Source: Octopus sinensis | Taxonomy: Eukaryota | Length of the DNA stretch: 64,000 nucleotides | Direction of reading: 5' to 3' | Assembly: GCF_006345805.1 (NCBI RefSeq) | Contig: NC_043010.1 | Location: 33,976,001 to 34,040,000, forward strand | Notes under the pieces: generated by a model | What the model saw: only the letters and a program-made list of their open reading frames with translations | The model's database searches: none | What the model was told of the DNA's origin: nothing | Part shown: in pieces, positions 11,945 through 25,099 of the stretch | Layout: each line of letters begins with the position of its first letter | Numbering within the stretch: the first letter of the stretch is position 1 | Position numbers and translations under genes: made by a program

Positions 11945-11995
11945 AGCTTCCTGAAGATTTCTCTTGAATGAAACAGTACTAGTCCTGTAGAAGCT
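11945..11995 (+). ncRNA. Type I hammerhead ribozyme motif (possibly degenerate)
   Basis: AGCUUC-CUGAAGA-U-UUC(UCUU)GAA-U-GAAA-CAG(UACUAGUC)CUG-UA-GAAGCU: helix I 6 bp, both core boxes, helix II 3 bp, helix III, GUA cleavage triplet. Confidence 0.75.
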
Positions 11996-12006
11996 CCTTC
12001 TATATA

Positions 12007-12045
<39 letters not shown>

Positions 12046-12705
12046 CACACACACCACACATTAATCAATGAAATTCCAACTTGGTCTGATTTTTATGTTT
12101 TATTATTTGCAGGTATACTTTCAGATTGAGGTGGACAGTGGGAGTGGGGGGAGTGATTGTTTACTACTTGGAGTATTAGTGGTGGTAATGGTAGCAGTAT
12201 TTGAATAGGATGACAATAATGATAATGGACCTCTTGTGTCATTCTGAGAAGAATTTGAGTGGCCTGACTGTGGAGAAGAGCTAGGGACTGTTTTGTTTAA
12301 AGGGTCATTAATTGTTCTAGTATTGACTTCCAGTGCTCATCTTGTTGTTGTTACTACTGTTTAATTGTGATAAGGGTAGTAGCAGTAGAACATAATGAAA
12401 ATGATGATCATAGGTCACTTGTAGTATTCCAAGGAAATAAGGAAGTGAATATCCAAACTGTGAAGGACTCTTGATTGTGGAGTTTAACAGTTCATCAATT
12501 GTGCTGGTATTGAGGAGTGGCCATGGTTATTGTTTATATATATATATATATATATATATATGTAAATGTAAAAAAATACAAACTGGGACAAGAACGTGAA
12601 ACATTTAGAAGACGATACAAAAAACACGGACGGGACATTCGAAGCCTCCAATCTTCAGTCAAGAACCGGATCATCTTCGCAATTTCGGCTGATTAATCTT
12701 GATAA

Positions 12706-12751
<46 letters not shown>

Positions 12752-13179
12752 TATAAAGTTTGATTTAGTGTGCTAAATTGAATTTTTTCTCTGTTGGCTT
12801 GGAATTATTATATTCCCTAACTATTAATAATAATAATAATAATAATAATGATATATATATATAGTCTTAGTTTGAGGATGTAGTGTCCTCTTTAGGGATT
12901 ATAAAATCTAGAGATCAACTGGTGTTATCAATGATATATTGGGAGAATTCTCTCAATATGTAGGGATAAACAGTCTAATTTACATTTATTACAATAAGAA
13001 AATATTGTGGATACTTATTTTATTTGTATCACAATTTGAATATAGCAAACAGTTTAATACAAATAAAATTCAAATGAGCAGACATTAACATAAAATAAAA
13101 TAAGCTTAAGAAGCGCCTACACATTTCAATCTGGTCACTATGTAAACGGTGCTTCGGAATATTTGAACCATGTTAAGAG

Positions 13180-13475
13180 TTTTAGATGTAAAAAATATAA
13201 CAACAAAGTGTCCAGATCACTTCAGGGCTGCCTCATTTAAAAGGCTAATGCTTACATGTTTTTCACAGGAATTCAAGTTAGTGGTAAAGAACTTTCTAAA
13301 TAAGATGGATGAGGACTACATATTCATATGTCGAGTATCTATGTAATAGATCTTATGTAGAAAGTTCTTTACCACTAACTTGAATTTCTGCGAAAAATAT
13401 GTAAGCATTAGCCTTTTGAATGGGGCAGCCCTGAAGAGATTGGATACCTTGCTGTTATATTTTTTACATCTAAAA
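13180..13475. repeat. Long inverted repeat (~127-bp arms, 43-nt spacer)
   Basis: Left arm 13180-13306 is the reverse complement of 13350-13475 with ~10 substitutions and one 1-nt indel. Confidence 0.95.
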
Positions 13476-13496
13476 ATATATATATATATATATATT

Positions 13497-14030
13497 AGGT
13501 GACTAAGTCAGTAGCGGGGTGGATGTTCTGAGAGTGTAGCTGCAAGAATAAGAACAGTCTGGGCAAAGTTCAGAGAGCTCCTACCTTTTCTAGTAACAAA
13601 GGCCTCTCGCTCAGAGTGAAAGGTAGACTGTATGAGACATGTGTGTGAATAGCCGTCCTACATGCAGTGAAGCATAGGCTGTGACCGCTGAGGACATGTG
13701 TAAGCTTGCAAGAAACAAAGCTAGTATGCTCCACAAAATGTGTAATGTCAGTGTGCATACACGACAGAGTGTAAGTGCCCTGAAAGAAAAGTTAGACATA
13801 AGAAGCATCAGATGTAGTGTGCAAGAGAGATGACTGTGCTGGTATGGTTATGTGTTACATATGGATGAGGACAGCAGTGTGAAAAAGTGTTCCTGGAGGG
13901 AACCTGTGGAAGAGGTAGACCCAGGAAGACCTGGGATGTGATGGTGAAGCATGACCTTTGAATGTTGGGCTTCAAGGAGGCAATGACAAGCAACTGAGCC
14001 CTTTGGAGATATGCTGTGCTTGAGAAGATC
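13497..14030 (+). mobile_element. RTE-clade LINE, degenerate C-terminal ORF fragment
   Basis: Translations ARIRTVWAKFRELLPFL, LCWYGYVLHMDED and EGTCGRGRPRKTW match the post-RT C-terminus of RTE elements; multiple stops and frameshifts. Confidence 0.8.
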
Positions 14031-15587
14031 CTTACTGTTTAAATCAGGTTTGTGTTCTCCCAGTCAACAGCCTTATCATTACTGGTACTTTAAACTCTTC
14101 GGTTGTATATTTGTGTGAATAAAATCGTTTTTCTTTGGAATAGAAAAAAGTCTATCTTTATTTCTACTTTTGCTGGTGTCTCAAATTTAGGTTAAATCAG
14201 TGTTTCTCAAAGGGGAGGCCTGTGGGACGGTTGGACAAGTTGTTTTGAGAAAATTTGGTTTAAATGTTCAACAACTCAGCACCATCTATTGGACGGGGGG
14301 TGGGGGGTGTTTTGCTTGTACTTATATAGAATCTCTATATAACTGCCTATTACAGATGGAATATTTTACTAAACCAGAGTTGACTTTTCACGAAACAATA
14401 ACAAAATTATGCATACTGTTCCTTTTTGAGATAAACATCTTTCAGTTTCAGTCTTTAACTTACCTATTCTGCTCAGATTAATCTTTTTTTCTCTAATGGT
14501 GAAGTTTGAATTTACATAGAATCCGTTTTCCTCATCTAGACATTAACATTAAAGACTTCCAGTTATTCTGGTTCAGTCTTACTTCCACATTCCTCCTAGA
14601 TTCACCTATTATTTCTTGTACTCTCTGATATCCTAAACCCCACAACTCTTTTCTTGCATTGAGGATATCTATTTCATGTTACTTCCTCTCTGAAATCCTT
14701 ATTCTTCATGACTTCATTGTAGACAAACCTTTTGACTATCTCTTGCATGAACTTTGTACATTTATTAAACTATTTGATAAAGCATATCTATGTCTTCTTG
14801 GCCATTTATAACTACATACCGTATCTGTTTTTACACTAGTCAATATAAAATATATTGTAAATGCAACTGCCGATGGTGGTAGAAACTATGGAGTACTTAA
14901 GCAAACATATTACAATAATTTGGTTTCTTCTCTTGTTTCTGACATTGAATCCAAGCAAATTCATTTTACTTTTATTACCACCCTGACTTTAATGAAGAAA
15001 TCAAAATCAATGTAACAAATATTCAAGAGTATGAGGTGAAGGCTATAAGCTAGTGCAAGGAGCAGATGGCACTGTATTGTCTATGTAAAAGATAGTAAAC
15101 TCTGAACAGTTCAATCCACCTAGCTGGATAGTTTTCTATATAGCGTATGTGGTTAACAGTCAAGTACAAACAACACTGCAAGCAGATACCATAGTGTGGT
15201 ATAATTTTCTGTCCAGCGTCTGGGGCCAATGCATTCAACTACCTTTTTGAACGAAATTAGCACAAGACGGTGTAATTCACTGCTGTAAACAGCTGCAACA
15301 TGAATTGTTAAACGCTGCAGAATTTATAATTCTACAGCGTTTATGCCATTCCACTAATTGAACGCTATTCGAAATATTAAAAATTTATTCTATCCTCGAC
15401 ACCTCAGATATTGCTTCTTGTTAAGAAATTACTAGCCTCCTCAAATCGTAATGATGTTTATGTTTATAAGTGGTTATAATTTATCTATTCATTCATTTAT
15501 CTAAAGTAACGTGCGCATAAAAATGTGAAGTAAAAAAATATAATTCTTCGTTGCCCGCCATGAGGACAATAAAGCCGGATGGTTTAG

Positions 15588-15628
15588 TGCGCATGCGTGG
15601 ATGTAGAATTCTTGACGGCGCCATTGTT
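15588..15628 (+). promoter_or_regulatory. SRSF10 proximal promoter motifs: NRF1-like and YY1-like
   Basis: TGCGCATGCG at 15588-15597 and GGCGCCATTGTT at 15617-15628, 35-75 nt upstream of the ATG in a locally CpG-retaining region. Confidence 0.55.
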
Positions 15629-15662
15629 AGTTCATACCACGGCTTTGGCTTTTACGGGGAAA

Positions 15663-15727
15663 ATGTCGCGCTACTCTCGGCCTCCAAACACTTCCCTCTA
15701 TGTACGAAATGTTCCCGAAGGAACGAG
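15663..15727 (+). CDS. SRSF10: SR splicing factor SRSF10/12-like, coding exon 1
   Basis: MSRYSRPPNTSLYVRNVPEGT(R), matching the SRSF10 N-terminus (MSRYLRPPNTSLFVRNV); GAG|GTGAGT donor, phase 2. Confidence 0.95.
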
Positions 15728-18700
15728 GTGAGTTCGTTTATATCTGAGGTTAAAACTTGAAGGTTCATATACGGTTCTTACAGGAGAATGAATTAAGACA
15801 CCGAAGAGAGTGAATGAAAGAGGAAGGCTACAGCGACGAATGTCTTAATATTTTTCTCATGTAGCCGGTATTTTTGTTTCAGAATCCCTCTTTTTCTGAC
15901 GAGAATATGAAGAAGTTGTGATCTATTCATTTATCACTTATTATGTTGTCTGTCTCATGGTATATGCTTTCTTCCTTCTAGGGGTTTTGTTTCTTCCAAA
16001 ACAAAATGTTTTTCTGACGGGGTTGACTTCCCGCTCTAATTTATGCGCTTCACTTTATCATGTCGACATTACTTATCTTTCCGTTTAATATTATCGGTGG
16101 AGATTTTTTCAATGGAGTGGGGGTGTTGGGTGGAAATTTAATACTAAACACTAGCCGCACGACGATATTTTGGCTATGGAAATTAAAGAGAAAGAAGCAA
16201 ATTTTAAAGTTTTTGTTTTTATATTAGATACGATGTTTATATGTGTGCGTGTGTATATATAATATAAAATGTGTTTGTGTAGGGATGAAATGTGCGCGTG
16301 TAAGTATATATATTTCCTTATAGGCTTTCTTTCGTTTTCACCCGCATAAACTGCGTGTATATATATTTAAAATGTGTGCGTGTATATATATTTAAAATGT
16401 GTGCGTGTATATTTATATATAAAGTTTTTTTTTCATGTTGGTTCGATGACGCAGTTTTCAATTTATATTGTTAAAATGCGAGCCAAGTAACTAAAGGTTA
16501 ACACGTGTGAATAATTTAATTGCTTGAACAATATAAATTTATTTTATGGGCATCTAGGAATTTCTCCCTCCCCCCACCATGTTGATAATTGTGGTGGTGG
16601 TGGTTAATGATGAAGTTGGAGTCACGAAACGGCGAATGGTTGTTTTGTTTGTTTTTCAGAATGGATTTTCTTTTTAAAACAAAAACATTCATTCTGCTCA
16701 TATGATTAATTTTAACAATTACTTCGCCACATCTATTGTCTTTGTGATTTGGTTTTAAATGAATTCAACGAATTCTTCGGTAACCACATTTTCAATTAGT
16801 TAAAAATTTAAAAAAAAAAAAAATGGGAAAGATTATTTTGGAGAAAATAACCAACATTGTCCGTTTTTTCATTAAGCTGGTTTTCTTAAACTGATAGGTT
16901 TTAATTTGAATATGAACATTTAAGAAAGAAAAAAAGACGAGAGGTTTTTACATCACAAACGTGGTCTCAGATTTTCTGTTGAAAGGGTTAATGGAGTCGT
17001 TTTAATACATTTTCTGACCATATTTGTAATAGAGAATAATTAACTACCTCAGCTTTTTCAAAGTAAGAATTTCGAAAGATTTATTGAACTAACGTTGCAT
17101 TCATTAGCTATTTAGCTGTTTTTTTTTTTTATGCATAATTTTCAAAACACTTATAAAAAAAAAAAAATAGATGTTATATTTTATTGAAGTAGTAGTTTTC
17201 TCTTAGAAGCAGCAGCGGTGGCCTCGGGCAGGTCTGATATGGAAATGGTTTTGAATAATCGACGAACGTTTTAGTTTATGAAAGCAGCGTTAAATAGATA
17301 TTACGATTTTTATAAAATAAACGCACATATCGAAGTGCAATATTGTTGCTTAGTGGCGAAATAATTTAGGAAACCAAAAAAAAAAAAAAAAAAAAAAATC
17401 GATTTGCGTAAATTCAAACACTGAAGGCGATCTAAATGTCGTTACAAGATGGTAGTGGGGGTAGGCGCTTCTCATTTATTGGGGGTGGGGGTTATAGAAA
17501 TTTATCAGGCGTAATATTTTCAGTGTCTGCTGTTCATAAATTGCTGGAACTATTGTTTTTTTTCTTCTTTTAACCTGAATTCATTTGGCAAATTCATTTT
17601 AAATTACATTAAAACAGAAAAAAAAAATGCTTGTACTTCCTGGTTTTAATATGGAACGCTAAATTTAACGACAATTGCGTGTGTTTGCGTGTCTGTATGT
17701 ATATAAAATTAATATGGTTAATATTACTATTCTGAATCAATAAGTAATTATGCCTCATGTCTGAATATTCGACTCTGACACTTTATTACACGTTGCTACT
17801 ACTTTCCACCCCTCGTTCCGTTTCAGTTCCATGTTGCATACTCCACCATCGCAAGTCTTGAGTGGGAAAGCTGGCATTTCTTACCCTTTTTAAATTCCCC
17901 CCTGTAAATGAGTGTGAAAATATGTGGTATCTATGTATGTAGGTTACGCTTCAGGATGGCTTTGGCTATGAGGGCAAAAGCAAAAAAGAATGTGTGTGAA
18001 CGTGTATACGAAACTTAGGTAACGATGGGTGTAAAATATATAATGATCCATGCAAGCATGGAAAAGTGAACATTAAAACTATGAAGATATGGCGAAGAAC
18101 AAAAAGTATCCGAAGTTTATTACTAAACTGGTGTTTTCAAGTACTTAAAATTTGTTGCCGGAAGGAACGCACTTTGCGAGAATCTGAATCATTAGCTTCA
18201 AACGTATGAGTGAACCACCACACTTTTTCTCGGAGTTCAACACCCGCTATCGAAAATTTACTCGGATTCTGTATACATGTAACCCTCCAATACAGCCCAA
18301 ATTAGGGTAATAAATATACCAACCAGACTGAGTTTTTGTTTTCTGAAAGACTCTGATTTGAGGGTGATTTTTTTAGCTAATTTTCCTATCAAGCCGAGCT
18401 ATCACTTAGTCTTATTACCTAGTAGTGGTGATTGTAAATGCGCACACGCACACATACTATTAATGTTTAATATACGGACAAAAAATCTGAGCAGACTCGA
18501 TTTCTCTTCTCATGAAGAAGCCCTTAGTAGAACTGGTGTTAGTGTAGTATACCTTTTAAATATAGGTGATGTAGGTAACTGATCCCCAAAATAAAACAAG
18601 CATTTATTCGACGCACACTGAACGTTTCGAAATAACTCTGGGAAGATACCTTTTCAAGCAAAAAAAAAAAAAAAAAAAGACGAGGTGACAAAAATGTGGC

Positions 18701-21700
18701 TGGAAGTTGGCTAAGCACCAAAATTCACCACTTACGTGTGGATGTTTTTTTTTCTTAAATTTATTATTGGTATCATTTCCAAGGATTCTTAGTATTAAAT
18801 GCGAATGTTAACTGTTATCACTGGGTATGGGAAGGTTAAAATTCCTTTTTTGGGACCATTCATTCAACCAAGATATTTTTTTAAAAATACAAATTCAACA
18901 CTTTTTTTATAAAATTCTTCATTTTCAAATCCCAAAGTTTGCATTCATATAATTATTTCCTTTTAATGGCTCTGAATTTAACTATCCAAACTGTAATCTT
19001 AAAAAGTAGTAAATATCAGAATAGCCTCTGTCCATTTTGTTTTCTCCCTCACTTTTCTTGCCCGCCCTACTTCGCTTGCCTTTATTTCACTTCCTCCTTC
19101 CACCGTTTCTTTGCTTGTGACTTGTCCTAACTTGTCTCATGAAGGCTTAACACCAGCGAGGAAATAGCCATACTACTACTACTACTGCTATAGTATGTAT
19201 ATCTGGTTGTCATGAACATGAGGAACACAGGGTCATTTACTGCCGTACATGCTTTAGAATTCTGGTAACTTTTTCTAGTAAGGTTATTGATATTCAATTC
19301 TAGAAAAATGGAGCAGTCCACAATCTCTGAGTAGATTGTTATGAGAGAATCTACCTTGTTGGTCTGTGTGCACACATGCACACGCTGATACAGACATGAC
19401 TGGTTTAGTTTTTTGCAACTGCAGGGGTTTGGATGATTCTTTTTGCGTGGTGCCTTGGACAAGTCTATAGCCATGGAAGTCTGTATGCGTGCATGTGCAT
19501 AAAATACGATCAACAGCCCGGCAGTTTGGTGTGTGAAGAACTTTTTTTTTTATCTTGGAACAAGTAAGGGTTGGTGACAGGAAGGATATTCACTCTTGAA
19601 GTATATGGAAAAAGTGAACATTAGAAGTAGATGCTAACTTTAAACAAATCCAGGCAGTTAAAAAGGATGTTTTCGTTTTTAAAACTCAATTCACTTTAGG
19701 AAATGTGAAAATTACAAAAAAAAAAAAAAAATTTAGCTGTATTTCTTAAAAGATTTCATGTTTTAGGTTTTAGTCATTATCTACATGGCTTTAATGTCTC
19801 TTTGTGCTGTTGGCATTGGCTGACAAATTGCAGTGCCTTCGTAATTTGCCACAGAAGGCTTCTGGAGGTCAGAGAAATAGCCAATCCAGGTTGTACAAAT
19901 AAATCCAAAGACCTAGTAATTTAGCTACATACCAACAACAAAAATAATGGCTTATGAATTTCTTTTCTACAAATTTTGTAGAAGTGGGCAAACAGTATAG
20001 GATGTTAATAATTCAAGAGTATTGATGCTATTAATGAATTGGTTGCAGAAAAAAATTGTTTATCCTCAATTTAGCTCTGGATCCAACTGATCAAAGGCAT
20101 CTTGGCTATGACCACCCTGTTTTTTTTTTTTTTTAGGACAATATTATTCAATAGTGTGGTGCTAGAGAGGTTTTACTGCTTTTATAGCACCTGCTAAGGA
20201 TAGTAAGAACTGCTTTATTGGTGGAGGATAAAATTATTTAAATTAAATTTGAATGTGGAGATAACAAAATGTTATGTATAGATTGTCCTGTAAAATTCTT
20301 ATTTAATATTGCGGATCCATGCTGTTGGTGGAACCATAAAAATAATACATCCTTTGTATTTAATTTTGTATGGGTGGTATTTTCAGATATATAACATTGG
20401 ATATGTTGCAAGACAAATGTACTGATTTGTTGTAATGCCACTTATGTAACCCAGATATTAACATTAAAATGTTAATACTTTTAACATGCTGCACACTCAC
20501 TGCAAATTTGAAATTACTTTTAAACTGAGTTGATTGCAAAACTAAGCTCTTGACAGTGTATAACTGCCTTGTCCAAAAAAACTCAGCTGTTGAAAGTTGG
20601 CAAGTAATCAAGTAACCTGTTGAAGAGAAACTGCTAAATCTGTCTTCAAGGCACTCAAAATAAGCCAAATAAACTGTTGAAAAATTCTAGAACCTAAACT
20701 TAAACAAGACTGAAAAATAATTCTTTTTCTTAACCAGATCATGGTTTCATGGTGCTGTGCAAATTAATATTATATTTTAGATGTTAATTCTAACTGTTAC
20801 TGTTTGGTAGACATGAATTTTACACAGTAATATATAAATTTTCCATAAGTGTACAAAAGGGCCTGCTTGTGCCCCCACCTTATTTTTATACATAAAAATG
20901 TGTATATCTATATGAAAAATATTTTCTGAAACAGTTTGCAAGGTATGAGAATTTGAAATTGGTAACCATTACGAAATATATCCGCCATGAACTAAGTGTG
21001 CACAGAAAGTCCTTGTGTAACTCTGCAAATGCATGGAACAAGCATCCCAGGTTTTTTAGATTTGATATAAATTTTACTTTAGCATTTACTTTTCAATTAA
21101 TGGTTAAGAATTGATTTGACCAGATGGCAGCAGCTTGCTAATTAGATATATCAGGAACTTGGTCCTGTCAGAAGTATATTGACATTAACATCATGTTTTT
21201 TATGTAGCAAATCAGAGAATTACTAAGAAGCATTTTCTCTACTCTATTTTTTAGTCATGATAGGTTTATGTAGGAGTTTTGGTTGCCCTCAGGTTGTAGA
21301 AACCCAACAGGTTGCAGGACATTGACAGTTTTATGTTAATAATTATTGCCATACATCACTTGCAGTGATGTATGTTTACTAATCTAATTCAATATTGAAA
21401 TTTGTTCAATATAACTGTCTGGGATTGTAACAACCAAATTTAGAGCAGTCCACATAGATGATAGGTACTGCTGTGTGCTACATAGAGTTAATAACCTTCC
21501 TACTTCAGATGTCAAGTATCCAAGGTGATTGAGAAAAGATTAACATCTGGTAGATTCTGTAATTCAACTATGATATTGCTCTCCAGGTATTATCTAGCAG
21601 TTCATTTATCTGGGCTCCACATTTACCATTAATTAACAGAAAGCTAAATTATATTAGTCACAAATCATTGGCTAACTTTGTAAAATAGTATTGTTTATCT

Positions 21701-24299
21701 TTCATGCAATGAAGATTGCTTCTGTTTATGAACCCGTACTTTATATGATAGCAAAAACAAAGATGTTTACAGCATCAGTGTGGGGGGAAAAAATGCTTAC
21801 TTAGCATCTGTGCTAAAGAATATGTGTGGCAGGAAATGATGTGAAAAGATTCCTTCAGACTATTCCTTCAACACAGCAGGCTTGGTTGGCCCAGATTTGA
21901 AGAATGAAGAATAGTAAACTTCTAGAACTGAGAATAAATATAACTATACTAACAACAGAACGCTAAGCTAGGCATAGCAAAAAATTGTAGCAAGATATAG
22001 TATTGGACTACTGGTTTGAAATGTGTATCTTAGAAGGCCAGATGGTGTGGTCAAAAGTAACCTTCATAATCATGTGACTCCAGATTCTAAGCCAGTGTAC
22101 CAATTTGGGCAAATGTTTTCTTGCATAGCATTGGATTGACTAAAGCTTGTGATTGAGATTTGACAAGCAGGCTGTGTGTGTGTGTGATTTAGGGTTCCTG
22201 CTCTAGCACTGAAGACGGGTGGAAAAAATGCATGGAACAATTTACCATGAAATTCCTATCATTGTTTTAACACCAATTTTTCGTCTTTGATTCGAGCAAA
22301 GGGTTATTGAAGCAAATTTTTTGACTAGTTGCTTTTGTTGCTAGTACACATGCACCTATGAGTGATTGTCTTGCCATAGTTTGCAAAACTGCATATATGA
22401 CATCACTATATAAACATTGCCATTGTTTACATGTCATGTAAATATGCCTGGTTGTCTGCACACTGCATGAAGAATGTCACTGTATATGTCTGTTTACGTC
22501 TGCTGCAAAGAGATGTCTATTTGAAATGAATCCTTGTTCAAAAGAACAAAGGAAGTAATTGCTTACTTGGAAATAAGTGAGTTAACAATGGAAAGGACAT
22601 CTATTTGTGGAAAAATTGCCTAAAAGGCCTCCATGATACCAACAGGAAAGTCCTACAGTTTCTGTCTACTAACTGCATTTGTGAGGTGTTGTTTGGCTTG
22701 GGCCTTCAGCAGAAGACGCTTCAAGTGCTGTGTAGTGGAGAGTAAACTGGAAACCATTTAGTTGAGAAGTAAACTTCTTACATGCTTGCTTCAATAATTA
22801 TGCATATACCTGTGTGGGCACACGTTTTAGTGAAGGTACATTGTATCACTCTGCAAGAAGCGTTGTTTGGAAGGATATTCTGTTGTAAAGTGTTTCAGAA
22901 AAACCTCCCAGCCCATGCCAGCATGGAAAATTAAACATAAAATGCTACTGATGCCCTTTTTTTGTCACTTTCAACATACAGAACACAGCTTCTTTCTGTA
23001 TACAAACACATACATAAGATATATGTTTATAATTAAAATAATCTTTCATGTTTTTTTTCTGCAGACTTCTGATGTCTCGTCCTCTTTTTTTCTTCTCAAA
23101 TTGGTACTGTTGAAATAAGTTTCAATAGCCAATGATTGTGACTTTGTGTCTATGAAATCAAGGCAACAATCGTACATTCTGCCAAACTAGGCCCCTCGTT
23201 CATTCACCACTGAGCTCATCCCAAACTAACTGGTTTCATTTTCTCTCCATATTGTTGCCAAATGTATTATTTACTACAGACAGCTACTCTCAACCTTCCC
23301 TACTGACTTCAAAATGTTTTGTTTCAAGGGTTCTGTTGTGTATATAAATACATTGTTTTTCTTAGACTGAATGTTTGAAAATTGGTAAAATACAAAAACA
23401 GTAATTGACATAAAATTTCAGCTTATCTATGTACATATATACACAAGTATATTAATGTATTTGTATACATATACATGCTCACATACACGTGTATATGTGC
23501 CTTGCCATGGGCTCTCAATAACTGATGTAGTTGTCACGAAAGCATGTCTTCTGCATTAGTAGACCTGGTGGTGCCTATCCTTTAGGTTTGATTGCAGTGA
23601 ATCTTTTCCAGAAAGAGATGGGCAGAAAGAAAAAACAAGCCCTGTATAAGACAGATGCTTTGTTTATTGATTCTTCAAAATATAGAGAAAAAGAGAGTAT
23701 ATGTGAGATAGGGTAGTGTGCATGCATAGCAAAAATGTGTGAGGGACAGGAAGTACAACTTGGAGTATATGAAGTGTAGTAGAACGTTTCATGCTCCTGC
23801 AATTCCTAATTTTACCGTATTGTCCAGATATTGGGTTAGCACTTTTTAGCCATGGCTTGTGAGTGAAATTAAGGAGTTGGAAGCTGTGGAATCCCATTAG
23901 ATGGACTGTACTTGTAATTCAAAGGGCCATCCTTGCTACATAGTGTCCCATTGAGTCTGATGGTTGCATTAACATATGCGTGTTTGAAGTATAGTCAATC
24001 ATTTACACTTAGAATTCAATCAGCTGGCTGTTCTATTGATTAAACAATTAGAATGTGCTTTATTAAATCCAACAGATCCATTTATTTTACTGTTTATGAG
24101 AGAGAAAATTGTGTATATATTTAATCATGGAGCTGTGAGAAAGGTGTTCCTTAAATATATGAAAAACAATCTCCCAAAAAGATTAGTTTACTGTAAGGAG
24201 ATACAATGAACAGAGTAATCTATACAGGTTTTCTTGGTTCATTGTTTATATGCAACAATTAGATGGCATCCTAATCATTTTATGTCTGCTCTTTGTAGA

Positions 24300-24690
24300 T
24301 GCAGGCATAGTTGTGTGGTTAAGTTCACTTCCTAACTGGTTTCGGATTTAAACCCATTGCCTGGGCACTTTAGGGCAGGTGTATTTTATTATATCTCTGG
24401 ACAACTAAAATCTTATCTCTAGAGGGAATCTGAAAGCAACTCAGCTTATGTGTGTGGGTATATTCTCCTTGTCTTGACATCATGCAGTGTTAGTATATGT
24501 GTCATTATATAAGCAGGGTTGTTTCCAATTCTCTTTAAAAAAAAAAAGCATGTTCTGACTAGAGGGAAATATTAGTTTGTCTGGAAACAGGTAAGGTGTT
24601 GGTAGCAGAAGGGCATTTGACCACTGAAAATCTACCTCTACAAACTCCATCTGACTCATGCGAGTATGGAATAGTGGACTTTAAAATGAT
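24300..24690 (+). mobile_element. Degenerate SINE (family A head, RTE-like tail) in SRSF10 intron 1
   Basis: GCAGGCATAGTTGTGTGGTTAAG head and tail CATGCGAGTATGGAATAGTGGACTTTAAAATGATGA, as in 2455-2878. Confidence 0.55.
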
Positions 24691-24887
24691 GAGGAAAAAT
24701 CTGGATAAAGAACTGATTTTTTTTTTGTTCAGTCTCTTAATAACCTCCATTGATTGGAAAATCCTTGAAAATATATTCTCTCTAAATCATAATTTTTGCA
24801 TTGGAACAAATAATGCGGTAAGGTTTCTGAATAGTCTGAACAAAAACCTAAAGGTGATTCTCTATGACCCGTTCACGAGAAAGTAGT

Positions 24888-25099
24888 TTAACCTTTTAGT
24901 GTTCGTATTACTCTGATAAATGTATGCCTTTTTATTCACTCTGGTTTGAATTGTGCATTTTATAACTGAGATTTTGATGATGTGATTGTTTACTTTTAGA
25001 ATGATATTGTTGGGTAGGTGTGAGAGGCCAAATCTAGCTGGTTTGAGCATAAAACAGAAAATTTGGGCTGGATGGCCTGTTCAAATGCTAAAGAGTTAA
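24888..25099. mobile_element. TTAA-flanked MITE (piggyBac-like termini)
   Basis: TTAA-CCTTTTAG ... GCTAAAGAG-TTAA; body shared with copies at 35377-36502, 38920-39139 and 62143-62583. Confidence 0.75.

Noticed and set aside
12565-12705. Minus-strand CTGAAGA..CGAA suggesting a second hammerhead
   Set aside because: GAAA box is broken (GAAT) and helices I-III cannot be formed consistently; probably an interspersed repeat fragment.
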